64,000 nt of DNA from an uncultured Acidobacteriota bacterium (lineage in GTDB: Bacteria; Actinomycetota; Acidimicrobiia; Spongiisociales; ZC4RG35): positions 484,419-548,418 of the forward strand of contig CAVVCY010000003.1 of the NCBI GenBank assembly GCA_963746905.1. The letters are read 5' to 3'. Position 1 is the stretch's first letter; the number at the start of each line of letters is the position of its first letter. The position numbers and the translations under genes are program-made. The notes beneath the pieces are model-generated. The model ran no database searches, had not been told where the DNA came from, and saw only the letters and a program-made list of their open reading frames with translations. Shown piece after piece: positions 1 through 9,608 of this stretch.

Positions 1-1104
1 TGAGGCGCCTCCAACTGTTGCCAGCATCAGCGCATCCCGTGCCGTCATCTGGGTGCCTGCGCCAACGCCGGGTGCGACCGCGAGACGGTTCAACAACAAG
101 GTCTGACGAACCTCGGCCAGCATGTTCGACGAGTCGTTCGATGCCGAGCCGTCGACACCGAGGCCGACCCGGAGCCCGGCATCGAGGTATCCGGCCACCG
201 GTGCCAACCCCGAGGCCAGTCTCATGTTCGAGGTGGGGCAGTGTGCCACCCCGGTGCCGTCTTCTCCCATGCGGATGATCTCGTCGGGTGCGACGTGCAC
301 GGCGTGGGCATACCAGACGTCGGGCCCGGCCCATCTCAGATCCTCCATATGCCCGACTGGGCGGCGGTCGAAGCGAGTGACGCAGAACTCCTCCTCGTCG
401 GCCGTCTCGGCGAGATGGGTGTGCATCGTCACGTCGAGGTCACGGGCCAGGTCGGCGGTTTCCTTCATCAGGTCGGTGGTGACCGAGAACGGTGAGCAGG
501 GAGCGAGCACCACCCGAGTCATCGCACCCCGCTCCGGCTGATGAAAGGAGCCAACCACCCGCTGACAGTCGTCGAGGATGGCCTGGGGCTTCTCGACTAC
601 TGAGTCCGGTGGCAAACCACCGTCGGACTCGCCGAGGCTCATCGAGCCGCGGGAGACGTGGAATCGGAGCCCGACTGGCTCTGCGCCTTCGATCTGGTCG
701 TCGACCTTCGACCCGTTGGGCCAGAGATATTGGTGATCGAAGGCAGTGGTGCAGCCACTAAGAGCCAGCTCGGCGAGGCCGACCGTCGTGGCCACCCGAA
801 CGTGATCTGGGGTCATCCTGGCCCAGATCGGATACAGGGTGCGCAGCCACTGGAAGAGACCCGCGTCCTGGGCGCCAGGCACCACCCTGGTCAGGGTCTG
901 ATACAGATGATGATGGGTGTTGACCAGACCGGGGAGCACGACATGTCCAGAAAGGTCGACAACCTCGTCGGCAGCGTCGGGCAGTTCAGAGGTTGGTCCG
1001 AGAGCCTCGATCCACCCGTCACGGACAAAGAGACTCCCATCCTCGATCTCGGCCCCGTCCACGGTGACCAGGACGCGAGCGTGGCGAACCAGCAGTGTTC
1101 CCAT
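1..1104 (-). CDS. Amidohydrolase family protein (8-oxoguanine deaminase / hydroxydechloroatrazine ethylaminohydrolase-like); C-terminus runs off the window start
   Basis: Reverse-strand translation from the ATG at 1104 gives MGTLLVRHARVLVTVDG...LPGLVNTHHHLYQT... with the HxH metal-binding motif and the overall architecture of guanine/cytosine-deaminase-type amidohydrolases. It has no stop before position 1, so the six-frame track did not list it. Confidence 0.75.
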   Translation of the reverse strand, partial: MGTLLVRHARVLVTVDGAEIEDGSLFVRDGWIEALGPTSELPDAADEVVDLSGHVVLPGLVNTHHHLYQTLTRVVPGAQDAGLFQWLRTLYPIWARMTPDHVRVATTVGLAELALSGCTTAFDHQYLWPNGSKVDDQIEGAEPVGLRFHVSRGSMSLGESDGGLPPDSVVEKPQAILDDCQRVVGSFHQPERGAMTRVVLAPCSPFSVTTDLMKETADLARDLDVTMHTHLAETADEEEFCVTRFDRRPVGHMEDLRWAGPDVWYAHAVHVAPDEIIRMGEDGTGVAHCPTSNMRLASGLAPVAGYLDAGLRVGLGVDGSASNDSSNMLAEVRQTLLLNRLAVAPGVGAGTQMTARDALMLATVGGAS

Positions 1105-1143
1105 CGGACGCCACGGTACCGGCAGCCATAGAGTCGACTCAGC

Positions 1144-2463
1144 ATGACATTGCACGAAGACTCACTAGCCGATTGGACCGACCGGCTAAATCGGGCGTCA
1201 GGGCAGGTGAAGGCCGACTTTCCCGGCGAGCGGCCCGACCGCCAGCCCGTCCACACGGTCTACGGCGGTGCACATCTCTTCGCTTCGACCACCACGGGGA
1301 GGCTTGGAGAGTTGGCAAGAAGCGCGTTGGACCGGTGGCTGCCCGACCCAGACCACCTCGTCGAGGTGTTGGGAATTCATCACTCACTGAGCGAGAAGGT
1401 GCACACCAAAGTCGGTGAGAAGCTGGTCCGGGAGGCGGTGGAGGACTTCCGACTCGACTTCGAAGACGGCTACGGGCACCGACCCGACGAGGAAGAGGAC
1501 GGTCACGCCCATTCCTCCGCCCAGGAGGTCGCCTTCGGGATCGCCAACAACTCACTGTCGCCGTTCATCGGGATCCGAATCAAGTCGCTTACCGGTGAAC
1601 TCCAGCGAAGGGCACTACGCACCCTCGACCTTTTCGTGAGCACCCTCGCCGAGACCGCCGGCCGCCTGCCTGAAGGGTTTGCGGTCACCCTTCCCAAAAT
1701 CCAGGGCGTGGAGCAGGTGACAGTCCTAACCGAGGCGCTGACGCAACTCGAGCAGGAACTGGGTCTGGCCGAGATCCCGATCGAGCTGATGATGGAGACC
1801 CCGCAGATGGTGATCGACCGGGACGGCACCGCCGGAGTGCGCAAATTCGTCGATGCCGGCGCCGGTCGGGTTCGGGGCGCCCATTTCGGGACCTACGACT
1901 ACACCGCTTCGATGAACATCACCGCCGCCTATCAGACGATGACTCATCCGGCGTGTGACTTCGCCCGCCATGTGCTCCAGGTGGGTCTGGCCGGCACCGG
2001 GGTTTGGCTCTCCGATGGGGCCACCAATGTGATGCCGGTGCCGATCCACCGCGGCGACTCCCTCACCGACTCTGAGAGGCAGGTGAACGAGTCGACTGTC
2101 CACGAGGCGATGAAGCTCCACTACGACCACATCCGCCACTCGCTCTCCCACGCCTACTACCAGGGATGGGACCTTCATCCCGCCCAACTTCCCACCCGCT
2201 ACGCCGCGGTGTACGCCTTCTTCCTCGAAGGTCTCGACCAGGCCGGCGAGCGTCTTTCCAACTTCGTCGAGTCGGCGGCGAAAGCCACCCTCGTAGGGGA
2301 GGTGTTCGACGACGCAGCCACCGGGCAGGGCCTGCTCAACTTCTTTCTGCGCGCCATCAATTGCGGAGCGATCACCGAGGACGACGCGATCGCGCGCACG
2401 GGGCTCACTGTCGACGAGCTCAGGACCAGGTCGTTCCTCAGGATCCTCGAGGGCCGCAGCTGA
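1144..2463 (+). CDS. Conserved hypothetical protein (439 aa), unknown function, located next to the purine-catabolism genes
   Basis: Long ORF with GC-rich third codon positions and no competing ORF. I recognise no confident domain. It is divergent from the amidohydrolase and adjacent to the uricase operon. Confidence 0.55.
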   Translation: MTLHEDSLADWTDRLNRASGQVKADFPGERPDRQPVHTVYGGAHLFASTTTGRLGELARSALDRWLPDPDHLVEVLGIHHSLSEKVHTKVGEKLVREAVEDFRLDFEDGYGHRPDEEEDGHAHSSAQEVAFGIANNSLSPFIGIRIKSLTGELQRRALRTLDLFVSTLAETAGRLPEGFAVTLPKIQGVEQVTVLTEALTQLEQELGLAEIPIELMMETPQMVIDRDGTAGVRKFVDAGAGRVRGAHFGTYDYTASMNITAAYQTMTHPACDFARHVLQVGLAGTGVWLSDGATNVMPVPIHRGDSLTDSERQVNESTVHEAMKLHYDHIRHSLSHAYYQGWDLHPAQLPTRYAAVYAFFLEGLDQAGERLSNFVESAAKATLVGEVFDDAATGQGLLNFFLRAINCGAITEDDAIARTGLTVDELRTRSFLRILEGRS

Positions 2464-2466
2464 CGA

Positions 2467-3714
2467 TCAGATCTTTTTGATGCGGCGAACTTCGATCCTG
2501 GTGATCCGCCGCCCGCGGACACTCACTACCCGAAGCACGTGATGACCGAAGGTCACCTCGTCCCCAACGTGGGGCAGGCGGCCGAGCAGGCTCAGCACCA
2601 GACCCGCCGCGGTATTCCAGTCGGTGTCGTCGAGGTCCTCGTCGATGATCTCGGAGAGGTCCTCCACGGGTAACGAGCCATCGATCAGCCATTCGTCGTC
2701 GCCGACATGCACCACATCGGCCTGCTCCGGCCCTTCGCTGATCGAGCCCATGACCTCCTCGGCGATGTCCTCGATGGTGACCAAACCGGCGGTGCTCCCG
2801 TATTCGTCGACCACCACCGCGAGATGGGTTCCCGCCTCCTGCATCTCGTTGAGCAAACCCAGCACCCGCTTCGACTCGGGGACCACCAGCACCGGCTCGC
2901 TCAACCTCGAGACCGGGAGGGCCTCCCGGCGGTCCTCGGGCACCTGGATCAGATTGTGCAGTTTCACCACCCCGGTGATGTTGTCGATGCTTCCCTCGAA
3001 GATAGGCACCCGACGGTGACCGGCTTCGAGGGCAGCCTGGAGGGCGAAGGCGACCGACGAATCGCCGTCGACCGCCGTGATATCGGGGCGGGGAACCATG
3101 ATGTCGTCCACCTGACGATCTCCGATTCGGAACGCTCGCTCGATCAGGTCCAGATCCTCTGAGGTGATCTCGCCCTCGATTGCGGCTCGGGAAGCCAGCA
3201 TCCGCAACTCGTTCTCGGTAATGGTCGGCGAGGTCACTATGCCCTTGCCCGGCATCTGAATGTCCGCGATCCAGACCAGCACCGTCACGAAGGGCTTGAG
3301 GATGGTCACTACCGCGGCCAGCGGATACGCCAGGGTGAGGGCGACCCGATCGGGGTGACGCACCGCATAAGTCTTGGGGATGGCCTCGGCGTAGATGTAA
3401 AGGAGAAAGGTGAGCACCGCCGAGGCAATTGTCACCCCGAAGGCGGACCACCACTGGGAGGCGAGGATCCCGGCCACGGTGGCGGCGCCGATCTGGGAGA
3501 GCAGGGCAGCCAGGAGGATGGCGTTGAGCACCTCGGGAAGGCGGTCGGTGAGCTGGGCGAGCTTCTTGGCCGATCGACTCCCCTCCTCGGCGAGGGTGTG
3601 CACCCGGACCGCGGGGATGCGAAGGAAGGCGGTTTCCGCTGCCGAGATGAACACCGAGATGACGAAGAGAACGACCAAAAGCAGGATCAGGGCCAGATCC
3701 TGGGAGAGGTCCAT
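2467..3714 (-). CDS. Hemolysin-family / CNNM (TlyC/CorC-like) membrane protein with DUF21, CBS-pair and CorC_HlyC domains
   Basis: N-terminal transmembrane DUF21 (MDLSQDLALILLLVVLFVISVFISAAETAF), then CBS-pair region, then C-terminal CorC/HlyC motif (...ITRIEVRRI). Confidence 0.85.
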   Translation of the reverse strand: MDLSQDLALILLLVVLFVISVFISAAETAFLRIPAVRVHTLAEEGSRSAKKLAQLTDRLPEVLNAILLAALLSQIGAATVAGILASQWWSAFGVTIASAVLTFLLYIYAEAIPKTYAVRHPDRVALTLAYPLAAVVTILKPFVTVLVWIADIQMPGKGIVTSPTITENELRMLASRAAIEGEITSEDLDLIERAFRIGDRQVDDIMVPRPDITAVDGDSSVAFALQAALEAGHRRVPIFEGSIDNITGVVKLHNLIQVPEDRREALPVSRLSEPVLVVPESKRVLGLLNEMQEAGTHLAVVVDEYGSTAGLVTIEDIAEEVMGSISEGPEQADVVHVGDDEWLIDGSLPVEDLSEIIDEDLDDTDWNTAAGLVLSLLGRLPHVGDEVTFGHHVLRVVSVRGRRITRIEVRRIKKI

Positions 3715-3720
3715 CGGCGC

Positions 3721-4539
3721 CTACCGCTCGACGGTGAGGGCGATGTCACCGTAGGGCTCGGAAACTGGCTGGAGCACGACTCCCTTGTCGGTCATCCCGA
3801 AACGGGTGAGGTCGAAGGGGAGGTGATGCTGGTTGGGGAGATGGAACGTGATCTCGGAGATCTCGGGGACCGCGGCCAACGCAGCCTCGGCCATCAGCCA
3901 ACCCTGATGCTGCAGCGACTTGGAATCGACGTCGAAGAAGGCGCCAGCGATGGCTCCCCGGGCAGCCTCCCATGACCCCGTGGTGTCTGCAGGAACCCGG
4001 TCGTAATGCCATTCGGCGCTGACCGAAGTCGCCAAGAGCCGATCCTCCGCCTCGGGCAGGATCGTGAACTCGTCGTGAGGGAAACCCGCGAAGGCAGAGC
4101 CCCTGGTCTTGAGCACGACCAGGCCCTCGATACCGGCCCAAACCGTGGTCCCGGCCTCATCGAACGTCATCCGGGCGGTCCTGCGCTCCGAGCCGCCACC
4201 GGTGAATCCGGTCCCGGTCACCCGGGTCCAAAGCCGCTCAGCGATAGCGATCTCCACCCGGTCCACATCCGGTCGGGCGATAAACCGCTCCCCAAGGACT
4301 GCAGCGAACGCCTCCAGATCCCGGGTGAGATGCTCCTGGGCCATCGCGTAGACCGTGTTCTTCATGGTGTCGGTGGGCAGGACCGTGGCGTTGTCCCCTT
4401 CGGTATGGGTGGCGACCACATCGTTGGAGAGCAGGATCCGCACGGTCAGATCGGAGAAGTCGTCGCCGTTCTCATCACGATGGATCTTGGAGACCCTGAC
4501 GCCGGACTTGCCCCAGCGGCTCTCGCCAAGTTGGGCCAC
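3721..4539 (-). CDS. uox: Urate oxidase (factor-independent uricase)
   Basis: 272 aa. N-terminus LGESRWGKSGVRVSKIHRD matches the uricase T-fold N-terminus (YGKxxVRxxKV). Length and operon context match. Start is GTG at 4539. Confidence 0.85.
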   Translation of the reverse strand: MAQLGESRWGKSGVRVSKIHRDENGDDFSDLTVRILLSNDVVATHTEGDNATVLPTDTMKNTVYAMAQEHLTRDLEAFAAVLGERFIARPDVDRVEIAIAERLWTRVTGTGFTGGGSERRTARMTFDEAGTTVWAGIEGLVVLKTRGSAFAGFPHDEFTILPEAEDRLLATSVSAEWHYDRVPADTTGSWEAARGAIAGAFFDVDSKSLQHQGWLMAEAALAAVPEISEITFHLPNQHHLPFDLTRFGMTDKGVVLQPVSEPYGDIALTVER

Positions 4540-4541
4540 TC

Positions 4542-4860
4542 TCAGCTACCCCGATAGGTGGTGTACCCGTAAGGGCTGATCAAGAGCGGTATGTGATAGT
4601 GGTCCTGGTCTTCGTCGAGGTCGACCACCACGTGGACCTGGGGGATAGAAGGGGTTGCCCGCATCGCCGGTCTCGAAGACGAGCCGATAGACACCGCTGA
4701 ACACGGCGCCGGCCAGCATCACGATTCGCCCGTTGACATCGGTCACCCCATCGGACATGTGCTGCCAATGGCCATCGAGAGAGCGCTCGATGGTCACGGT
4801 GACCCCCTCCACCGGCTCGCCGCTAGCGGTGTCGAGGACATGGGTGCTCACAGACGTCAC
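4542..4860 (-). pseudogene. uraH: 5-hydroxyisourate hydrolase (transthyretin-like), reading frame broken by a 1-nt insertion in a G5 run; possibly a sequencing artifact
   Basis: N-terminal part MTSVSTHVLDTASGEPVEGVTV...YRLVFETGDAGNPFYP is in one frame. The conserved C-terminus QVHVVVDLDEDQDHYHIPLLISPYGYTTYRGS* is in the +1 frame and ends at the TGA at 4542-4544. Removing one G from GGGGG at 4640-4644 restores a continuous about-105-aa HIUase with the canonical YRGS end. Confidence 0.75.
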
Positions 4861-6287
4861 TTCTGGTCTCCTTCACACAACATTCTGCGGAGTCTGGTCG
4901 TCGTGATCGACCGCTGCTCACGGGACGCGTTCTCGATCTCTTGCACCCTGTCGTTTTCGAGCCGCCTCTGGGCGAGCGCCAGCATTTCCTCCGCCGTCTT
5001 CCCGGTTGCATAGACGATATAGGTGAAACCGAACCGTTCTTCATAGCGACGATTCGCCTCGGCGATGGCGGCCAGGGTGTCGGTTCCGGCATCGGATGCA
5101 CCGGACTGCTCCTGGTTGGCGGTTTGGTCCCCTCGTTCCCCGATCCGAGGATGCCCTTCGAAGCCCTCCAACCAGTCCGCCTCGGTGAGTTGGTCGAAGG
5201 CGGATTCGGCCGCGGCGTGCACTTCCAGCGAACCGGGATAAGGGCGCCCGGCCAACATCGAGCCGGCCCAGACGCCCGATGCGCAGGCGTGTCTGAAGAA
5301 ACGCCTCGCCGCCTGGGCGGTGAGCGCATTGAGATAGGAGAGCCGTTTCTCGACCGCCGCCTGACTGTCGGGGTGGCCCAGGGCCTTGATCCGGGCCAGT
5401 CCACCGTCGGGGTGGATGTCCACCCGCAAGTAGGCGCTGTGGGTCGGCTCCGGAAGATCGAGGCCGGCTGCCTCATGTGGGTTGACGGCAACCCGATCCA
5501 GGATCATGGTCCAAGCCGAGGCGTCTTCGGACACCGAGATCGAGACCCAACCCGGTGCGTTGCCCTTGAAATGCCGGGTGTCGATCACCACCGTCTCCAA
5601 GAGCCCCGGCATCCCTAGACGCAGTTCCACCCAGTCGTTGCCCGGGCCGCGGCGACGCTTGGTCTCCCAGCCGTCCCACATCCCCGCCGGCTCAGTGGGC
5701 CGGAGCAGGTTGGAGGGAGGCGAATAATGGACATCCGAGGCATCGACCGGCTCACCGCCGACCAGCATCGAGGCCAGATCGACCGGTTCCCCATCAGGGC
5801 AGACCTGGGAGCGCGAAGGGATCGGGGTGCCCTCGACCCGCAACCGGGCGACGCCCCCATCGGGAAAGATGTTGAGCCGGAGATAGGTGAACCGGTGTGG
5901 GTCGGCCACCGTGAACGATGCCCGGGAGTCGCCCGAGAGGGCAGTTAGGGGCAGAAGTTCCTCCCATTCGGCGGTCTCTAGTTGGCCGTCGTCGCCTTCG
6001 CCGCACCCTTCCAACGAGAAGGACTCGGCGTAGTTGCCGGTGAAGAAGGAGGTGTCCACGGTTACCTGCTCGACTCGTCCCGGGACTCCGAGGGCGATGA
6101 GGCACCAATCGTGCCCGGGGTCTCGGCGCCGCCTGGTCTCCCAGCCGTCCATCCACTTCCCGCGATCGGTGTATTCGGAATTGGAGATCGGATCGGCCAG
6201 TGAGATCAGATTCGAGGCGGGTGCAAAGAACTCGTCGTTGCAGGCGACGATCCGCCCACCGACGGCACTCGAGATCAGGTCGACCAT
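4857..6287 (-). CDS. alc: Bifunctional allantoicase / OHCU decarboxylase (two allantoicase repeats fused to a C-terminal UraD domain)
   Basis: From the ATG at 6287: MVDLISSAVGGRIVACNDEFFAP..., then two allantoicase repeat domains (WMDGWETRRRR..., MWDGWETKRRRGPG...), then a C-terminal about-160 aa with the OHCU-decarboxylase signature (...FGFTYIVYATGKTAEEMLALAQRRLENDRVQE...). The track ORF has a spurious Arg-rich extension upstream of this ATG. Confidence 0.8.
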   Translation of the reverse strand: MVDLISSAVGGRIVACNDEFFAPASNLISLADPISNSEYTDRGKWMDGWETRRRRDPGHDWCLIALGVPGRVEQVTVDTSFFTGNYAESFSLEGCGEGDDGQLETAEWEELLPLTALSGDSRASFTVADPHRFTYLRLNIFPDGGVARLRVEGTPIPSRSQVCPDGEPVDLASMLVGGEPVDASDVHYSPPSNLLRPTEPAGMWDGWETKRRRGPGNDWVELRLGMPGLLETVVIDTRHFKGNAPGWVSISVSEDASAWTMILDRVAVNPHEAAGLDLPEPTHSAYLRVDIHPDGGLARIKALGHPDSQAAVEKRLSYLNALTAQAARRFFRHACASGVWAGSMLAGRPYPGSLEVHAAAESAFDQLTEADWLEGFEGHPRIGERGDQTANQEQSGASDAGTDTLAAIAEANRRYEERFGFTYIVYATGKTAEEMLALAQRRLENDRVQEIENASREQRSITTTRLRRMLCEGDQK

Positions 6288-7585
6288 GTTCGCTCCAGCA
6301 TCCTGCCACCCACCCCGATGACTCCGGTCGCCGGGGTGAACAGAGTCTGCCCGCCCAGGATCACCTTCTCCACTTTGCCCCGTAGCCGCATTCCCTCGTA
6401 TGGGGTGAGGGGGTGGCGGTGCTCGAGCCCGGCCCCCACCACATCGGAGACGGCGTCGGGGTCCCAGATCACGAGGTCGGCGTCCTTTCCGACTTCGATG
6501 GCGCCTTTCCCGTCGAGCCCGGCGAGACGGGCTGGAGCGGTGGATAGCCATTCTGTGAGCCGATCGAAACCGAAGCCGCGACGACTGGCCTCAGTCCAGG
6601 TGGCCTGAAGCCGGATCTGCAGCGAGCTGATGCCTCCCCAGGCGGCGCCGAAGTCCCCGCTCTCGACCTGCTTCAGATCGGGCGGCGACGGTGAGTGGTC
6701 GGACACGATCATGGTCAGCGTTCCCTCGCCCAGGGCTTCCCACAGCGCTTCCCGGTGGGCAGTGCCCCGGATCGGTGGGGCACATTTGAACTCGGTGGCG
6801 CCGGTCCCGATCTGCTCGGCGGTGAAGGTGAGGTAGTGAGGACAAGTCTCGGCGCTGATGCCGGGTCCCGCCGATCGCAGCACGTCGGCGGCGTCGGCAG
6901 ACGAAACGTGGAGGATGTGAATCTGACCACCGGCTTCCAGGCCCAGGGAAATGGCGACCTCGATCGCCTCCGCCTCGCACTCCGCCGGCCGCGATTCGAG
7001 GTACCGGCCGTAGTTTCGAGGATCGCCGGTCATCGGATGGAGCCGGGCTGGATCCTCGGCGTGGAGCAAGAGCGGGACTCTGAGCCGGGCCAGAGTGGAA
7101 AGGGCGGCCTCCAGCCCGTCAACCGTCATCGGGGGGAACTCGGGGACCCCGGAGTCGACGAGGAATGACTTGAAACCGCAGACACCGGCCTTGACCAGAT
7201 CCTCGAGCCAGAACTCGGAGCCGGGGATCAGACCGCCCCAGAATGCGAGGTCGACGGCTATCGCTCCTTGGGCGGCCGTGCGTTTGACCGCAAGCGACTC
7301 GGGGTTCACCGTGGGCGGGATCGAGTTCAGAGGCATGTCGACGATCGTCGTCGTGCCTCCGGCCGCCGCGGCCCTGGTCGCAGTGGGGAAGCCCTCCCAA
7401 TCCGAGCGCCCCGGGTCGTTCACATGGACATGGGAATCGACCAGGCCAGGCATGACTACCAGATCCCCGAAATCCTCATCAGCAGGGCCATTTCCGATCT
7501 CGACGATCACACCGCTCTCGTGGCGGATGGTGGCCGGGCGCACCCCATCCGGCAGAACGACACGCCGGCTGCGCAAGGAAGGCAC
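6275..7585 (-). CDS. allB: Allantoinase (cyclic amidohydrolase superfamily)
   Basis: 436 aa. DSHVHVNDPGRSDWEGF...GGTTTIVDMP metal-binding motifs of the dihydroorotase/hydantoinase/allantoinase family. It is first in the operon with allantoicase, HIUase and uricase and overlaps the allantoicase start. Confidence 0.8.
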   Translation of the reverse strand: MPSLRSRRVVLPDGVRPATIRHESGVIVEIGNGPADEDFGDLVVMPGLVDSHVHVNDPGRSDWEGFPTATRAAAAGGTTTIVDMPLNSIPPTVNPESLAVKRTAAQGAIAVDLAFWGGLIPGSEFWLEDLVKAGVCGFKSFLVDSGVPEFPPMTVDGLEAALSTLARLRVPLLLHAEDPARLHPMTGDPRNYGRYLESRPAECEAEAIEVAISLGLEAGGQIHILHVSSADAADVLRSAGPGISAETCPHYLTFTAEQIGTGATEFKCAPPIRGTAHREALWEALGEGTLTMIVSDHSPSPPDLKQVESGDFGAAWGGISSLQIRLQATWTEASRRGFGFDRLTEWLSTAPARLAGLDGKGAIEVGKDADLVIWDPDAVSDVVGAGLEHRHPLTPYEGMRLRGKVEKVILGGQTLFTPATGVIGVGGRMLERTWST

Positions 7586-7662
7586 TGCCCGAAGCTAATC
7601 GATCCACCGCGCCGAGCACCGCGCCAGGTATCTTTGACTCGCTCGCAACAGGCCTATAAGGA

Positions 7663-8199
7663 GTGTTGAAGATGGCTATGACGGCGTCCCCGGAACGAAC
7701 GGTCAACTACGCGTTCCTCCTCGGCGGCATCACCGCCGCCATTTTCGGGATCATCCTCCTCATCCGTGGGGAAGAGGCCCTCACCTTGGTTGTGGTGATC
7801 CTCGGTCTGTGGTGGCTCATCCACGGCGCCTTCATGATGTTCTCGGTGTTCATCGACAGCAGCGACTGGGGTTGGAAGGTCGCCATCGGGCTCTTGGGGA
7901 TGATCGCCGGGATCGCTGTCCTCATGAACCCCCAGGACGCCACCAACTTCCTGAAGGGAGCGTTCGGCGTCTTTCTGGGCGTGATGGGAATCCTGATCGG
8001 GATCGCCGCCTTCGTCGGCGCCTTCCGTGGAGGAGGCCTCGGCGCCGGTGTGTTCGGGGCGGTCAGCATCATCCTCGGGTTGCTGGTCTTGTTCAACGCC
8101 CAGTTCACCGTCGACCTGCTGATCACTCTCTTCGCCGTGATGCTCCTGGTCGACGCCGTCGCCGGGATCTACCTCGGGCTCAAATACCGGGACGCCTAG
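7663..8199 (+). CDS. hdeD: HdeD-family (DUF308) acid-resistance membrane protein
   Basis: 178 aa, glycine-rich repeated TM helices (GIILLIRGEEAL...GLWWLIHGAFMM...) typical of HdeD/DUF308. Confidence 0.7.
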   Translation: MLKMAMTASPERTVNYAFLLGGITAAIFGIILLIRGEEALTLVVVILGLWWLIHGAFMMFSVFIDSSDWGWKVAIGLLGMIAGIAVLMNPQDATNFLKGAFGVFLGVMGILIGIAAFVGAFRGGGLGAGVFGAVSIILGLLVLFNAQFTVDLLITLFAVMLLVDAVAGIYLGLKYRDA

Positions 8200-8243
8200 C
8201 CGCCCCCGATTTCACTGTAAGTACACTCTGACCGCGGAGAAGG

Positions 8244-9608
8244 GTGGCTAGCGCGCGCAGCGGTCGGGTGTTCCAGTTGGCGATCTTGATCTCGATGGGC
8301 TGTTTGCTGGCGTGCACTGGTGCCCCGGGCAGCAGTCCCGACCCCACAGTCGCCTCCGCCGGCGACCCGCTGACGGCGACCACCACAATCGCGAGCCAGC
8401 CAACCATCACCACTGCCGAGGGATGCGAACCCCCTTCAGACGGTGTCGACTGGCGTGACGACGGCACGGTCACCCTGGAGCAGATCTCCTCCGGGGACGG
8501 AGTCGAGGTCTACGCCGCCGGATACCCCCTTCCCGGGCCCACCGAAGGGTTGTGGACACAATGGGGTCAAGGAATATCCCTCAACGACGGTCGGCATCTT
8601 TCCGCCGTTGGCGACCATCTCGGGATCGACGCCAACTCCTACTTGTTCGTCTACGACGAGGAAGCGCGCACCCTGACCCGATTCGGGGATGTCCTCTCTG
8701 TGGTGCCCCATGAGCCAGGGACCTTCGGATACGGGAAGATCCACGCCCAGATGGTGAGAGACGCCTGTGGATCGGTCTGGGCCGCCACCTACTGGGGAAC
8801 CCGCGATGGCCTGGTGTACGGCGACGGGTACGAAGGCGACCGTCTGCTCGAGATCGATCCCGCCGCGATGACGATCTCCGACCGGGGCGCCTTCGCCGGG
8901 GAGCATGGCAATCCAACTATGACGATGTCGGGCGACGGGCAGACCCTGGTTGCCGGCTCGGTCGATGTCGAATCGGAGGAGCCCGACCGTGGGCTGCTGA
9001 CTGTTTACGACACCTCGACCAGGGAAACAGTCAACCAGATCGACGATCCGCGTCAGGAGGGTTTCCGTGCGCTCGGAATCGACCCGGTGAGCGGCAACGT
9101 CTTCTACTCGATCGGCGACAATTCGCTGGCGGCTCTCGACCCCGCCACCGGTGAGCTCTCCGACCTCGGCGTGACACTTCCCGGGTGGTGGTTGCGCTCG
9201 GTCACCCCGCCCGCACCCAATGGGACGGTGTACGGGGTCGCCGACGACGAGCCCGGCCTCTTCTCCATCTCCCCCGACGGCCGGTTGACCGATCTCGGTG
9301 ATCCGGACGGGAGCGTCACGTCTATTGCGATGACACCTGATGGCTCACGCATCTTCTGGATGCCCGACGCCCACGGTGGGGCCTGGGAAATCGGGGCCCC
9401 AATCCGCTCCATGGACACCTCGACCGGGGAGATCGTCGAAGTGACCACACTGGTCGACGCTTTCGCCGACAAACTGGGGCTCCTGCCTGGTGGCAGCTAC
9501 TCCCTGGTCTATGACGACGGCCGACTCATCCTCGGGGTGAACGCATCCCCGCTCGATGACGACTCGGGGTTTGGCGTCCCGGTGTTGGTGGTCATCGAGG
9601 GCGTATGA
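8244..9608 (+). CDS. Secreted lipoprotein, hypothetical (beta-propeller-like repeats)
   Basis: Lipoprotein signal MASARSGRVFQLAILISMGCLLAC|TG; Thr-rich linker; repeated Gly/Asp-rich strands. It overlaps the next gene by 4 nt. Confidence 0.6.
   Translation: MASARSGRVFQLAILISMGCLLACTGAPGSSPDPTVASAGDPLTATTTIASQPTITTAEGCEPPSDGVDWRDDGTVTLEQISSGDGVEVYAAGYPLPGPTEGLWTQWGQGISLNDGRHLSAVGDHLGIDANSYLFVYDEEARTLTRFGDVLSVVPHEPGTFGYGKIHAQMVRDACGSVWAATYWGTRDGLVYGDGYEGDRLLEIDPAAMTISDRGAFAGEHGNPTMTMSGDGQTLVAGSVDVESEEPDRGLLTVYDTSTRETVNQIDDPRQEGFRALGIDPVSGNVFYSIGDNSLAALDPATGELSDLGVTLPGWWLRSVTPPAPNGTVYGVADDEPGLFSISPDGRLTDLGDPDGSVTSIAMTPDGSRIFWMPDAHGGAWEIGAPIRSMDTSTGEIVEVTTLVDAFADKLGLLPGGSYSLVYDDGRLILGVNASPLDDDSGFGVPVLVVIEGV

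Noticed and set aside
1144-2463. Assigning the 439-aa protein as an HpcH/HpaI aldolase or malate-synthase-like enzyme
   Set aside because: The idea came from the purine/glyoxylate context. I could not point to any diagnostic motif in the sequence, so it is left as hypothetical.
2438-3454. 338-aa Arg/Gly-rich minus ORF and 2707..3162 plus ORF
   Set aside because: They are alternative frames or antisense of the CNNM/TlyC gene, of low complexity and with no motifs.
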